Assembly (NCBI GenBank): GCA_902787305.1 | Contig: CADAFS010000009.1 | Span: 1 to 59,860, forward strand | DNA from: an uncultured Pseudomonadota bacterium | GTDB taxonomy: Bacteria; Pseudomonadota; Alphaproteobacteria; Rs-D84 | DNA length: 59,860 nucleotides | Direction: 5' to 3' | Shown: positions 29,325 to 39,525 of the stretch, one piece after another | Numbering within the stretch: position 1 is the stretch's first letter | Layout: every line of letters starts with the position of its first letter | The notes under the pieces: generated by a model | Seen by the model: the letters and a program-made list of their open reading frames with translations, nothing else | The model's database searches: none | Told to the model about the DNA's origin: nothing | Translations under genes and position numbers: made by a program

Positions 29325-29364
29325 TTACATTCTCCTTTTTATACTATATAAAAAGACCGTCGTT

Positions 29365-29418
29365 TAATCTGACCCCAGGGGCGGTTTTTATCTTGTCCAC
29401 TTTTTGGGATACAGTTCG
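29365..29418. mobile_element. Internally deleted IS3-family remnant inside a terminator loop
   Basis: Ends taatctgacccc and tgtccactttttgggatacagttc resemble IS3/IS150 inverted repeats; flanked by repeated gtt(t). Confidence 0.5.
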
Positions 29419-29437
29419 TTTGACGGTCTTTCTATTT

Positions 29438-31063
29438 TTAATTCAATGGGGCGCCCCAATGTTGCTGTATCGTGCGTTCCGCATCCATCGGGCTAACCAA
29501 CACTTGCGGGGTCAAAATGACGACCAACACATCACGGGTTGATGCCGTTTCACGCGACCCAGACAACAACATAAAATCCGGATCCCCAAGCCCATAGCGC
29601 ATATCATTATTCGCCTGTTTTTCAAAGCCCGACACAACCAACATTTGCCCAGATTCCATGATAACTTCCTGCATGAAACTGCGTTCTTCAACCTCTGGCA
29701 ATTGCAGGGTCACTTCGCCAATTGTTTGACTTGACATCTTTAACAATTCGCGAACCGACATACGGAACAACAACAATATCTTTCCATTTTCCAAAATGTT
29801 CGGCAATAACTGCATCGAAAAACCGGTTTCCAAACTGTCTTGGTCCACGGTACTTGATTCGACGGTTGTAAAGTTCCGCGATTCGAACCGTTTAATATAC
29901 CCGGTACTCTTGGTATTATTGACCGGCGCAACACGGTTATTACGCGTTGTCACACCAACATTGGTCACCAACGAAACCTTGCCTTGCTTTGCCAATGCCT
30001 GAACCAACGCTGTACTGCCCGCGATACCGGCAAGTGAACCATTATTTATTTGGTCATTGGTATATGCGCCCGGAACCGTCGCCCCATTTTCCAAATGCGT
30101 CGCCCCGGTCAGGCCCGACAATTCATTCGACAAAACCGCGATATTTATGGCACTGGCCTCTGGGGACGAGAAATTATTCTTTGGATTTGCAACAATGTTA
30201 AGCCCCGTCGCCGCATTTATCGCCGCCGCCAAATTCAAACCAAACCCCGAATCGTTTGCGATTGAAACCTGTAAAACCTTGACATCAATCGTCACCAATT
30301 GTGACAACCGTTTATTTTGCCGTGCGATATAATCGCCAACACGCGCCAACACCGACGGTGGTGCGGTCACGGTTATTGTTCCCAAACTGCGCGACACGGT
30401 AAAGTTCGCATTTTCCGCCTTGCCAATAATTGATGAAATGGTGCTTTCAACTTCGTCCCATTCTTTCAGTGTTGTTTCCAAATAAACCTGATTTCCGTCA
30501 TCCGTTTGTACCGACGATTGATACGACACATCCGTTCCCAATGCGTACAATGTAAACGTCCGTGTTTCCGTTTCATAGAACACAATCGCCGTCTTATCAT
30601 AATACCAGAGCAAATCTAAATCGGTCGCAACCTGGGACAATAACCCAGACAACTTTCCGGTGTACGCAACATTCATCGTACGCTTTAATTTATCAGATGC
30701 AATCTGGCTATCAATCTTTACCGGAATACGCGTAATAGAATTGATATTATTCGCCAACACTTGCAACGTCACGGGTTCATTCAACAAAATTGTGACGCCG
30801 GTATCGGTTTCAAATTGTTTCGGCAAATCATTTTTATGTTCCAACAGCATCGATTTCCCACCAAGCCACACACCTTCGGACATTGAAACCGTGTCACCAC
30901 TGGCAACCTTGGCACGCGGATTTTTTGCCATTTCAAAGGCATCATATACATTAACAAAATCTTTATCAACGGTGGCGGCAACCTTGGCCGAATTACGTGT
31001 CGCACAACCCGCGACCGCAACAAAAATCAAAAGTGCAACAAAAAATTTAAACGCCTTGAACAT
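29438..31063 (-). CDS. Type IVb pilus lipoprotein secretin (PilN/BfpB-like)
   Basis: Lipobox VAGC, Secretin_N-like segment (LGTITVTAPPSVL), C-terminal secretin domain (TGFSMQLLP, QLPEV, SGQMLVVSGFE, VVILTP). Confidence 0.85.
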   Translation of the reverse strand: MFKAFKFFVALLIFVAVAGCATRNSAKVAATVDKDFVNVYDAFEMAKNPRAKVASGDTVSMSEGVWLGGKSMLLEHKNDLPKQFETDTGVTILLNEPVTLQVLANNINSITRIPVKIDSQIASDKLKRTMNVAYTGKLSGLLSQVATDLDLLWYYDKTAIVFYETETRTFTLYALGTDVSYQSSVQTDDGNQVYLETTLKEWDEVESTISSIIGKAENANFTVSRSLGTITVTAPPSVLARVGDYIARQNKRLSQLVTIDVKVLQVSIANDSGFGLNLAAAINAATGLNIVANPKNNFSSPEASAINIAVLSNELSGLTGATHLENGATVPGAYTNDQINNGSLAGIAGSTALVQALAKQGKVSLVTNVGVTTRNNRVAPVNNTKSTGYIKRFESRNFTTVESSTVDQDSLETGFSMQLLPNILENGKILLLFRMSVRELLKMSSQTIGEVTLQLPEVEERSFMQEVIMESGQMLVVSGFEKQANNDMRYGLGDPDFMLLSGSRETASTRDVLVVILTPQVLVSPMDAERTIQQHWGAPLN

Positions 31064-31087
31064 GTGTATCTCCCTGCATTTTTATAT

Positions 31088-32167
31088 TTAATCTTCGGTT
31101 GTTGATATTACCAAAACACGATTTCCCTTGTAAAACTTGGCATACGGCACCGGTATAGCACGTCCGAAATTACGCACCACCGCGGACGCGACATCAACGA
31201 AACGACCTTTGAACACGGCACTGGCCTCTATCGGATATTCACGTGATGTTGTCCAAACCAAATCCCAACCTTCCTTGTCACACCAAGATTGCAAAACTTC
31301 GCGTAATGTTTGACCACTTGCCACAACCCAAGAACGAACCTGGTCTTGCAAGCTAACCGGTGGTTCCGCATCCGCCGACAAATCAACCACCATTTCCGAA
31401 CCTTCGGCAATAACCATCGTGTCTTGGCCTGGGGTTATATTGTTCACAACACTAACCACACCATTACCGTCAACGGTTATAACACCACCGCCGGTGACAA
31501 TATCACCGTTCGCCGTTCTTTCAACCAAACCATTGCGTGCCAAATACGCATCGTACCCATCGGCATAGCGAACACATTTTTTGCGCCCACTGCGTGACAC
31601 CGCCAAAACATTTCCACCATCATCTTCCAACACTTCGCGTTGCAACAACGGCATTTCCGCACCATTTACACATTCAGTGTCAAACCCGGTCGGTATCGGC
31701 ATTCCGTGCAACATATTTGCGCCACCGGACCACCCCGAACCATCACGCGCACCACGAACGCCCATATTAAAATTATTTTCCACAACCAAATCATCCCCAA
31801 CCTTGGAAACAATTTTTATATTATCAGATTGCTTCTTTTTAGAACAAACACCTTCGGCACAGGAAACGGTGGTATCCGCCTCGGACCCGATGGGCCACGC
31901 CGGAATTGCAACCGGTTGCACCGGCATAGGTTGCGGTTGATATTCAACCTGTTGGTATTCGTATGCCTGTTCCTGATAGGGCTGTTGTTCATAATAAACC
32001 TCCCTATACTGTACCGGCTGTTGATATTGTTCTGTATAATTTTCCCTATCGTCACGGTCTTCTTTATAAAACACCTCTGACGTCACGACCTGTTCCAACG
32101 CATTCGCCGCAAAGCAATAGCCAGCGGCGGTTGCAAGCATAGCAGCAATTAAAATTTTGCGAAACAT
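31088..32167 (-). CDS. TcpQ-domain pilus biogenesis protein (PilL/TcpQ-like)
   Basis: C-terminal W.VASGQTLREVLQSWCDKEGWDLVW....YPIEASAVFKGRF; signal peptide. Confidence 0.8.
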   Translation of the reverse strand: MFRKILIAAMLATAAGYCFAANALEQVVTSEVFYKEDRDDRENYTEQYQQPVQYREVYYEQQPYQEQAYEYQQVEYQPQPMPVQPVAIPAWPIGSEADTTVSCAEGVCSKKKQSDNIKIVSKVGDDLVVENNFNMGVRGARDGSGWSGGANMLHGMPIPTGFDTECVNGAEMPLLQREVLEDDGGNVLAVSRSGRKKCVRYADGYDAYLARNGLVERTANGDIVTGGGVITVDGNGVVSVVNNITPGQDTMVIAEGSEMVVDLSADAEPPVSLQDQVRSWVVASGQTLREVLQSWCDKEGWDLVWTTSREYPIEASAVFKGRFVDVASAVVRNFGRAIPVPYAKFYKGNRVLVISTTED

Positions 32168-32342
32168 AAACCTTCCTTTCCTTGCATTTTTCCTTTCTTC
32201 TATTACGCATTATAACAATTTGACCGAATCTGTGCAAGACCTAAAAATGCATTTGGCGAACCTTTTTAAAATTATTTTACATAAACCCGCGCGAATCGGA
32301 AAAAGTGTGTTATACTTTATTTATCGAAACAAAGGAAAAGAA

Positions 32343-32894
32343 ATGGATTTTACAATAATATCAATATGTTTTGGAATTTTGGGCTTTGTATGTGTAATCA
32401 CAATGATAATGGTTATCATCGCGAACCGACATATAGAGGCACTTGAAAAAAACAATTCTTATATCCAAGACATGATTATCAAAATGCAAAATATATTAAA
32501 GAATAAATCTGCAACAAATGCGGTGGCGGAACACGCCGAAATGATATACCAAGATTTATTGCAAAACCTTATTCCAATTTTGGCGGCACTGGACATAATG
32601 CCACGCAACACATCGGAACACCCATTGTGGCGAACACTGGGCGGGCTGTTGGACGAATATGCAAAAAATCCATTTGTAATGGAAAAATTGCGGCGCGCAA
32701 TAAAACTTGATTCAAATGTAAAGCGTAATGTGTCAAACTATATGTCGCGCGCCGAAAATTTATTGGAAAATCTTAACGCAACCGAACCCGACGGAATTTT
32801 GGCAACAACTTTCCTAAACGGATTGCTTGGGCAATCACTAACCTTTTTCACCCAAGGTTATCAACTTGCAACCGCGGACACCGACATTAAATGA
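32343..32894 (+). CDS. Hypothetical protein with N-terminal TM helix
   Basis: AAGGA RBS; ATGA overlap with sufB. Confidence 0.65.
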   Translation: MDFTIISICFGILGFVCVITMIMVIIANRHIEALEKNNSYIQDMIIKMQNILKNKSATNAVAEHAEMIYQDLLQNLIPILAALDIMPRNTSEHPLWRTLGGLLDEYAKNPFVMEKLRRAIKLDSNVKRNVSNYMSRAENLLENLNATEPDGILATTFLNGLLGQSLTFFTQGYQLATADTDIK

Positions 32895-34240
32895 CGAAAC
32901 TTTCACCCGAACTTGTTCGTGAAATATCACATCGCCGCGCCGAACCGGCATGGCTTACCGAATGGCGATTGGCGGCATTTGATGCATGGCAAAAAATGAC
33001 CGAACCCCACTGGGGTGAAATTGATTATGCGCCAATCGATTACGATACATTAAATTATTATAATACCCCAACACCAATCGATAACCGCGACCTTAAAAAC
33101 ACATACGATAAAATGGGTTTGCCGGAATCTGAACAACGCGCATTGCTTGGTATGGCAACCGACACCGTTATCGACAGTGAATCCGTCCACACATCATACA
33201 CGACGGAACTCGGCTCACGCGGAATAATCTTTCTACCTTTTTCACGTGCGGTTTTGGAATACCCCGATTTAGTTCAAAAATACCTTGGGACGGTCGTTCC
33301 GCCAACCGACAATTTTTTTGCGGCACTAAATTCCGCCGTTTTTTCAGACGGCACATTTGTATATGTTCCACCGCACACCGAATGCCCAATTGACTTGGCA
33401 AGTTATTTTAGAATCGAAACTGCAAAAATCGGTCAATTCGAACGCACGCTTATCATCGCGGATACGGGCGCAAAACTTAGTTATATGGAGGGGTGCAGTG
33501 CCCCGCGCCGCCCAAACCACCAATTGCACAGTGGCGTTGTTGAAATAATTGTGGGCGACGATGCATATGTCAAATACGCAACCGTCCAAAACTGGCACGC
33601 GGGCGATGCGCCAAAACCCGGCGCATATAACAATACCGGAATTTTGAATTTTGTGACCAAACGCGGCAAATGTTATAACAACGCGCGCCTTGATTGGACC
33701 CAGTTCGAGGTTGGATCCGCCATGACATGGAAATATCCATCAACGATTTTATATGGGGACGGCGCGGCAAGTGATTTTTATTCACTAACCATAACACGCG
33801 GGGGCCAACAAAGTGACACCGGAACAAAAATGTTGCACATTGGCGACAACACGACATCTAATATATTATCATACGGTGTTGCACTTGATTGGTCGCGCCA
33901 AACATTCCGCAGTTTGGTAAAATTTTCGGGACACGGCGGAAAAAATGTATCAAAGTGCGACACACGAATTGTTGGCGACATGGCGACAACAAACGCATTG
34001 CCGGATATAGTTTATGAAAACACCGACAACATTCAAACGCACGAGGCATCAACCGGTTCAATTGATATAACGCAGTTAAATTATTTGAATATGGCGGGAA
34101 TCGATACCGACACGGCAACGGCACTTATTATCGGTGCAACCGCGACACCGATACTTTCACGATTGCCGATGGAATTTTTGGTTGAATCGCGACAACTTAT
34201 CCAAATGGCACTTTCCAAAACCGATGGGGGAATAAAATGA
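32891..34240 (+). CDS. sufB: Fe-S cluster assembly protein SufB
   Basis: FFAALNSAVFSDGTFVYVP, GQFERTLI, LHSGVVE, NFVTKRG, GSAMTWKYPS, DTGTKM. Confidence 0.95.
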   Translation: MTKLSPELVREISHRRAEPAWLTEWRLAAFDAWQKMTEPHWGEIDYAPIDYDTLNYYNTPTPIDNRDLKNTYDKMGLPESEQRALLGMATDTVIDSESVHTSYTTELGSRGIIFLPFSRAVLEYPDLVQKYLGTVVPPTDNFFAALNSAVFSDGTFVYVPPHTECPIDLASYFRIETAKIGQFERTLIIADTGAKLSYMEGCSAPRRPNHQLHSGVVEIIVGDDAYVKYATVQNWHAGDAPKPGAYNNTGILNFVTKRGKCYNNARLDWTQFEVGSAMTWKYPSTILYGDGAASDFYSLTITRGGQQSDTGTKMLHIGDNTTSNILSYGVALDWSRQTFRSLVKFSGHGGKNVSKCDTRIVGDMATTNALPDIVYENTDNIQTHEASTGSIDITQLNYLNMAGIDTDTATALIIGATATPILSRLPMEFLVESRQLIQMALSKTDGGIK

Positions 34241-34917
34241 TACTTGAAATAAAAAACCTGTGCGTATCTTTTGATGGAAAAAAATTATTATCAGACATAA
34301 ATATAAATGTCGAAACCGGCGCACGACATTTAATTTGCGGTCACAACGGTTCGGGCAAATCGACACTTGTTGGCGCAATATCCGGCGACCCAATATATAA
34401 AATAGATGACGGCAAAATCATTTTTGACGGTCGCGACATAACAAACGAAAACGCAACATCGCGCGCATTGATGGGCATATTCACCGGCACGCAAAATGTT
34501 CCTGAAATTCCGGGTTTAACAATTACCAGTTTTCTTAAACATTCCGCGTCCGCGCATCATCATTTTGAATCAGGCCGCGATTTACCGATGTCCGAATTTA
34601 TCGAAAGATTAGAAGAAGCACGCGACATATTGAACATACCACGCGAATGGTTAAATCGTTCGGTAAATGTTGGTTTTTCCGGCGGCGAAAGGAAACGCAT
34701 AATGCTGTTGCGATTACTGCTAACCAACCCGAAACTTGCGATTTTGGACGAACCGGATTCCGGCGCGGATACCGAAACACAATCGCAAATTGCGGACGTA
34801 ATAAAATCGATGCCGAACACAACATTTATGTTCATAAGTCACCAACAAAATTTCACAAATTTAATACACCCATCACATACAACCACTTTATCAAATGGTA
34901 AAATTGTGATAGAATAA
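34237..34917 (+). CDS. sufC: Fe-S cluster assembly ATPase SufC
   Basis: GHNGSGKST, VNVGFSGGERKR, LDEPDSG. Confidence 0.9.
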   Translation: MILEIKNLCVSFDGKKLLSDININVETGARHLICGHNGSGKSTLVGAISGDPIYKIDDGKIIFDGRDITNENATSRALMGIFTGTQNVPEIPGLTITSFLKHSASAHHHFESGRDLPMSEFIERLEEARDILNIPREWLNRSVNVGFSGGERKRIMLLRLLLTNPKLAILDEPDSGADTETQSQIADVIKSMPNTTFMFISHQQNFTNLIHPSHTTTLSNGKIVIE

Positions 34918-34942
34918 ATACGAACGAACAAAAGGCGTACCC

Positions 34943-35980
34943 ATGAACGGACTTATTTTATTTGTTGCGGCGATATTCATACTTTGGATTGGCGGTTCGA
35001 TATTTATACCATTATTGGTTGCAACATTTTTGTGGTATTTGATAAACGCAACGGCAACATATTATCGCAAACTTTTCCCCGCCTGCGACAATGGCAAATG
35101 TGCAATTTCCAAACCGTTATTTAATTTACTGTCCACAATTTTATCCATTGCGACCTTTGTCGGTTTAATCTATCTTTTTGCGACACGCGTTCGCCCAATG
35201 TTTAGTGAACTGTTGGCGGCAATGCCTGGAATTCAAATAAGGTTGAACGGTCTTTGGAATTACATATCCGATACATTGGATATTGATATAACCTCTGTCG
35301 CCTTGCCCAGTATTACATCAATTGTATCCAGCATCGGTTCGTCGGTCGCGAAACTTGCGACATCAATGGGTATGGTCATTGTATATATGATATTTATGTT
35401 TGTGGAACAAAGCACATTTCATAAAAAATTTGCCGAACTTTTCCCGAACAAAAGTCACAACAAAAAATTGCGCTATATCATACAAAGCATTGATGAAAAT
35501 ATGAAAAAATATCTGTTTATGAAAACACTTGTTTCCGGGATTACGGGCCTTATCTCTTATGCATGGATGTGGATACTGGGACTTGAATTCGCGGGCGTGT
35601 GGGCATTTGCGATATTTATCCTCAGTTATATTCCAACAATCGGTGCAATTATCGGTTGCGGTCTGCCGATACTGTTTGGTGCAATATCGGGCGCAACATT
35701 AAACGAACTTGTATTGCTTGCCTTGGGCCTTATCGGATTACAGATTGTATTTGGCAACATCATCGAACCAAAACTTACGGGAAAAACATTAAACCTTTCG
35801 ACACTTGCGATTTTAATAAATTTGGTATTTTGGGGTTTGATATGGGGCGTTGCGGGAATGTTTTTCAGTGTTCCATTACTTGTCGCGGTATTCATTGTCA
35901 CGGCCCAGTTTGATTCCACGCGTTGGATTGCGATATTACTTTCCACCGACGGCAAGATACCGGATAAAAGCGAAGGGTAA
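34943..35980 (+). CDS. AI-2E family transporter
   Basis: Multi-TM; YIPTIG, IIEPKL.GKTLNLS, WGLIWGVAGMFFSVPL. Confidence 0.9.
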   Translation: MNGLILFVAAIFILWIGGSIFIPLLVATFLWYLINATATYYRKLFPACDNGKCAISKPLFNLLSTILSIATFVGLIYLFATRVRPMFSELLAAMPGIQIRLNGLWNYISDTLDIDITSVALPSITSIVSSIGSSVAKLATSMGMVIVYMIFMFVEQSTFHKKFAELFPNKSHNKKLRYIIQSIDENMKKYLFMKTLVSGITGLISYAWMWILGLEFAGVWAFAIFILSYIPTIGAIIGCGLPILFGAISGATLNELVLLALGLIGLQIVFGNIIEPKLTGKTLNLSTLAILINLVFWGLIWGVAGMFFSVPLLVAVFIVTAQFDSTRWIAILLSTDGKIPDKSEG

Positions 35981-36171
35981 TAAAACAACAGTTAAAACAG
36001 AACAAAAAGATTCCAAGGATTCATCAAGTTTGTAGATGTTGCTAAATTCGTTGACGGATAATTTTCCCCAAGAAAATCATCACACCGTGAAATCCGCTTA
36101 TGTCAAGGTTGCACCGTGATAGTGTCCGGTGCCTATCTTCAGCGGTGCTTTGCATTGATGTTTGTTCCGCA

Positions 36172-36270
36172 GTGATTCTGAAACAAGTTCAGAATGACAA
36201 TTTATTTGATGTCTGCGGTGCAAGTTTTTGCATTTACAAAAACTGGGTTCCGGTCTTCGCTGAGGTGACG
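36172..36270. repeat. Solo copy of the GIY-YIG left-end repeat plus adjacent GTCAT-type palindrome
   Basis: atgtctgcggtgcaagtttttgcatttacaaaaactgggttccggtcttcgctgaggtgacg matches 14919-14980. Confidence 0.75.
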
Positions 36271-36374
36271 CAGTTCTATAAATCGTTGCGTTATTACTGT
36301 AATTTTGTCACCAAAATTACTAACAACTACGATATCACCGTAGTGTGGTATAATGGCATTTTTTTGATGGTCAA

Positions 36375-36408
36375 AAAAACAATGGCGGGGAAAGAGACCC
36401 GCCATTGT
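36375..36408 (-). terminator. Rho-independent terminator of the fibre gene
   Basis: acaatggcggg...cccgccattgt plus T-run on the minus strand. Confidence 0.7.
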
Positions 36409-36431
36409 CACATTATGCAACAAACCAATCA

Positions 36432-37970
36432 TTACGGATTCGACGATACCGTCTGTGCCATCGGTATCCATTCAAGTGCAACACCCCCAGCATTGTCATT
36501 AGCAGATGCACTGTAAGACAACACCAACGCACATGCCACACCATTAGTGCTGGTAATTCCATTAGCACCATACTCACAATCCCCGGTTGGTTCTGGAATC
36601 GTAAGTCCACCGGTTAAACCTGTAACATACTCTTTAACCGCATATGCCGACGCAAGTTTGTCTTTTCCAGCCATAGCATCTGCAGCTGTAGCAGAACTAA
36701 TAGCGCTACCAGCATGACCAACATTTAATAATCTCACTTCTGCAAGGTTTGAAATTTCTGGATTCGGGGCAACTTCAATGTAGCCACCTTCATAAACATT
36801 GTTCTGCATAGTGTAATCACCAACCAACTCTCTCCAGCCAGATGAATATGTTGTGTCGCTTCCACTGGTCGTCGCTGTATTATAACCAATCATAACCTTG
36901 CCTGTACTGGTATTCTCAATTTTTGGTTGATAACTCTCCCCCGCGGCACTAATCGCACCCGTCACAAAATTATAAACGTTTTTGACGGTTGGAACTTTCT
37001 TATCACCATCGGTTCCAGTAGCATTGGTGCTGTTAATCGTGGTTGCATCCGTGCCAGAGCCAGCCGTTTGCAATAACGAATAAACCGCTTTACCTGTCGC
37101 CAATTTCGTACCATTGTTTGTAATATCCCCTATCACCGTTCCAACTTGTCCGCTCGGAATGTTAATTTTGTAAACACCAGAATCTTCTTTTATGGTAACA
37201 TAGTCCGTGCTTGACTGCGCACCAGTTGCCACTGCCTCTAACTTTTTCCAGTCTGCGATATTGTTTGTACCATCAACGGTGTTATGTCCAAGGTACAAAC
37301 TTGTTCCATCTGTGGTCGGCGCCTTTGGTTGGAAATTACCACCTTGGGTCGTCACGAAATCATACACGGCCTTGGCCGACGGATACTTTGTGGGGCTATT
37401 ATAAAACTGCGCTATAGTATTATTATCATTCCCATCTAACTTATTCCCTTTCTTTTCGGCATAACTTACAACTGCCGCCGATGTTGGCACCGTTGTATCA
37501 TTTTCGGCATCACTACCACTCGTCGCGTCACTAAGGGACGTATCAAGCAAACCTCTAACCGCGCCAACTGTCGTCAATCTTTCTGTATTCGTATTACTCG
37601 TAATATTTGATGTAGTACCAAGTTTCGTTGTATCAATTCCAACGGTCCATGTTCCATTATTGTTACTCGCAGTTGTATATGTGTTATCACCCTGGATAGT
37701 AACCGCGGCATCACCAACCGTGTCAGTCACGAATTTATAAACATTTAATGCAGATGGTGCTTTGTCATTCGGGGAATTCTCATCAATAGTTGTGTCACCA
37801 TACGTAAGGTTGGCACCGCTCCCTGTTTCTGTAACGCCCTCAACCTTGCTATCAACATACAATTTTGATGTTACGGTCTTGGCATCCGTCGTGGGATCTG
37901 CCATTGCACTTTGGGCGAAAACGGCCGCGGCAAATCCAACAAAGACCAGCCCCCTAATTTTTACTCTCAT
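36432..37970 (-). CDS. Secreted fibre/adhesin-like protein (family member 2)
   Basis: Signal peptide MRVKIRGLVFVGFAAAVFAQSAMA; repeated P(S/T)xxxVYxFV and LxTxxAV motifs; C-terminal IPEP..C..CALV..LEWxxMAQ. Confidence 0.75.
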   Translation of the reverse strand: MRVKIRGLVFVGFAAAVFAQSAMADPTTDAKTVTSKLYVDSKVEGVTETGSGANLTYGDTTIDENSPNDKAPSALNVYKFVTDTVGDAAVTIQGDNTYTTASNNNGTWTVGIDTTKLGTTSNITSNTNTERLTTVGAVRGLLDTSLSDATSGSDAENDTTVPTSAAVVSYAEKKGNKLDGNDNNTIAQFYNSPTKYPSAKAVYDFVTTQGGNFQPKAPTTDGTSLYLGHNTVDGTNNIADWKKLEAVATGAQSSTDYVTIKEDSGVYKINIPSGQVGTVIGDITNNGTKLATGKAVYSLLQTAGSGTDATTINSTNATGTDGDKKVPTVKNVYNFVTGAISAAGESYQPKIENTSTGKVMIGYNTATTSGSDTTYSSGWRELVGDYTMQNNVYEGGYIEVAPNPEISNLAEVRLLNVGHAGSAISSATAADAMAGKDKLASAYAVKEYVTGLTGGLTIPEPTGDCEYGANGITSTNGVACALVLSYSASANDNAGGVALEWIPMAQTVSSNP

Positions 37971-38277
37971 TTTTTTCCTCTTTGTTTGTTGTTGTTTTGC
38001 GCACGAACCTTTTCCGATCGGGCAAGTATTCATAACGCTATTTCCCCACATTTTCACCGGTTTCATCCGATTTCAATGGGGGTCCCTTTGTGTCCTTTAC
38101 GATTGTATTATACCACAAATTCGAATCGCGAAAAAGACCTTTTTTATAAAAAATGAAATTTTTTTACAGTGGTTAGTGCAAGTGTTAGTGATCAGTGAAA
38201 AAAGAAATTAGGTGCGTTGCGCCACCGCCCTTACCCTGCCGCCGTTCGTGGCCGCCCTTTCTCACGAAAATGTAAAA

Positions 38278-38985
38278 TTATGCACTGTGTTTATTGATTG
38301 CGGCATGGACATCGGCCAATGTTGCGGTTGACGGCAAAATGTCTTCAAAATAAATTTTTGCCGTGCCGGGTTTCATTTTTCCGCGCTTTGGCCAATAAAG
38401 TCCGGTATCAACGCCGACCGGGGTAATCGGCAACTTTAATTGTTCCGCCAAAAACAGCAGGCCGCGTTTTAATTGAATCTTTTGCCCGGGTTTTACACGT
38501 GTGCCTTCGGGAAAGATGATAAGCGTTTGGCCGTTCATTATGCGCGCGGCGACCGATGCCGAAAGTTTTTTCATATTTGTTGCGCCACGTGTGCGGTTCA
38601 CCGGTTGCAATCCCATGCGCCAAAATGACCACCCGTAAATTGGTATCCAAAATAATTCGCGCTTTACAATAAAAAATGGATTTTGAATGTTGGTGACCAA
38701 AATCGCAACCTCCATAATTGACATATGTTTTGATGCGATAATCGCCTTGCCATCGGTGCGGATATTGTCGTTCGGTTGGACGGGGACACCGTTTTCTTCG
38801 GTTGGGGGATAAAAAATGCAATACTTTATTCCGCATATTATGCGTGCAAGTTTTAATACGCCACGTGCATCCGCAACAATCGCGCGCAGTGTCATTTTGC
38901 GCGATGGCAATACGACCAATAATATCGGCGCCCACAAAACAAAGTATATGCCAAGTATGATTTTGAAAATAATTGTCCTAAACAT
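38278..38985 (-). CDS. plsC: 1-acyl-sn-glycerol-3-phosphate acyltransferase
   Basis: SKHMSIME, IFPEGTR. Confidence 0.88.
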   Translation of the reverse strand: MFRTIIFKIILGIYFVLWAPILLVVLPSRKMTLRAIVADARGVLKLARIICGIKYCIFYPPTEENGVPVQPNDNIRTDGKAIIASKHMSIMEVAILVTNIQNPFFIVKRELFWIPIYGWSFWRMGLQPVNRTRGATNMKKLSASVAARIMNGQTLIIFPEGTRVKPGQKIQLKRGLLFLAEQLKLPITPVGVDTGLYWPKRGKMKPGTAKIYFEDILPSTATLADVHAAINKHSA

Positions 38986-38997
38986 TTTTTTACCTTT

Positions 38998-39525
38998 TTA
39001 TTTATATGAAGATTCCGGGCCTTCCCTGATTCCAATCATTGTGACCAAGAATTTTACATATTCAACCATCCAACGTTCCAATCGGCGTGCGGGTCGCATT
39101 TCATGCAGTGCAACCGGGCATGACACGATTTGCGTTTCCGGTAATTCCGATTTTATAAGAAATGTTGCGCGTTGAATATGATCTTCGGTTGTGATGACAA
39201 CGATTCGGTCCAGTCCCGATTTTTCCACAATATCCTTTATCGCCAATGCGTTTTGATATGTTGACTTTGATTCCGATTCGATTATGGCACGTTCGGTGCC
39301 AATATATGGTGCGCCGGGGCCCGCACCGATTATATAAAGGTCCGCGTCGGGATACTTTTCAACCTGGCGCAGGGCGAATGGAACACGGCGAAAATCACCC
39401 GTTAGGACGAAAATGCTGTCGCTATTTAAAATAAAGTCGCAATCGTTTGGTGATGTCAATTTGAAAACAATTCCGCCAATGACGAACATGCCAAGTAATA
39501 AAAATGATGGACGCAGCAATTTCAT
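38998..39525 (-). CDS. YdcF/DUF218 family protein
   Basis: VLTGD..R, SKSTYQNA, ITTEDHIQRA, EYVKF. Confidence 0.8.
   Translation of the reverse strand: MKLLRPSFLLLGMFVIGGIVFKLTSPNDCDFILNSDSIFVLTGDFRRVPFALRQVEKYPDADLYIIGAGPGAPYIGTERAIIESESKSTYQNALAIKDIVEKSGLDRIVVITTEDHIQRATFLIKSELPETQIVSCPVALHEMRPARRLERWMVEYVKFLVTMIGIREGPESSYK

Noticed and set aside
32891-34917. Minimal SufBC-only (SMS-type) system
   Set aside because: SufB looks canonical, and operons are fragmented in this genome, so sufD and sufS may lie elsewhere.
36100-36160. Short matches (ttgcaccgt.atag, gtgtccggtgc) to the C4-like leader
   Set aside because: Only 11-13-nt matches in a different order; could be chance. An alignment significance test is needed.
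36285-36360. Possible decayed GIY-YIG fragment beside the solo repeat
   Set aside because: Similarity is too weak to support by eye.
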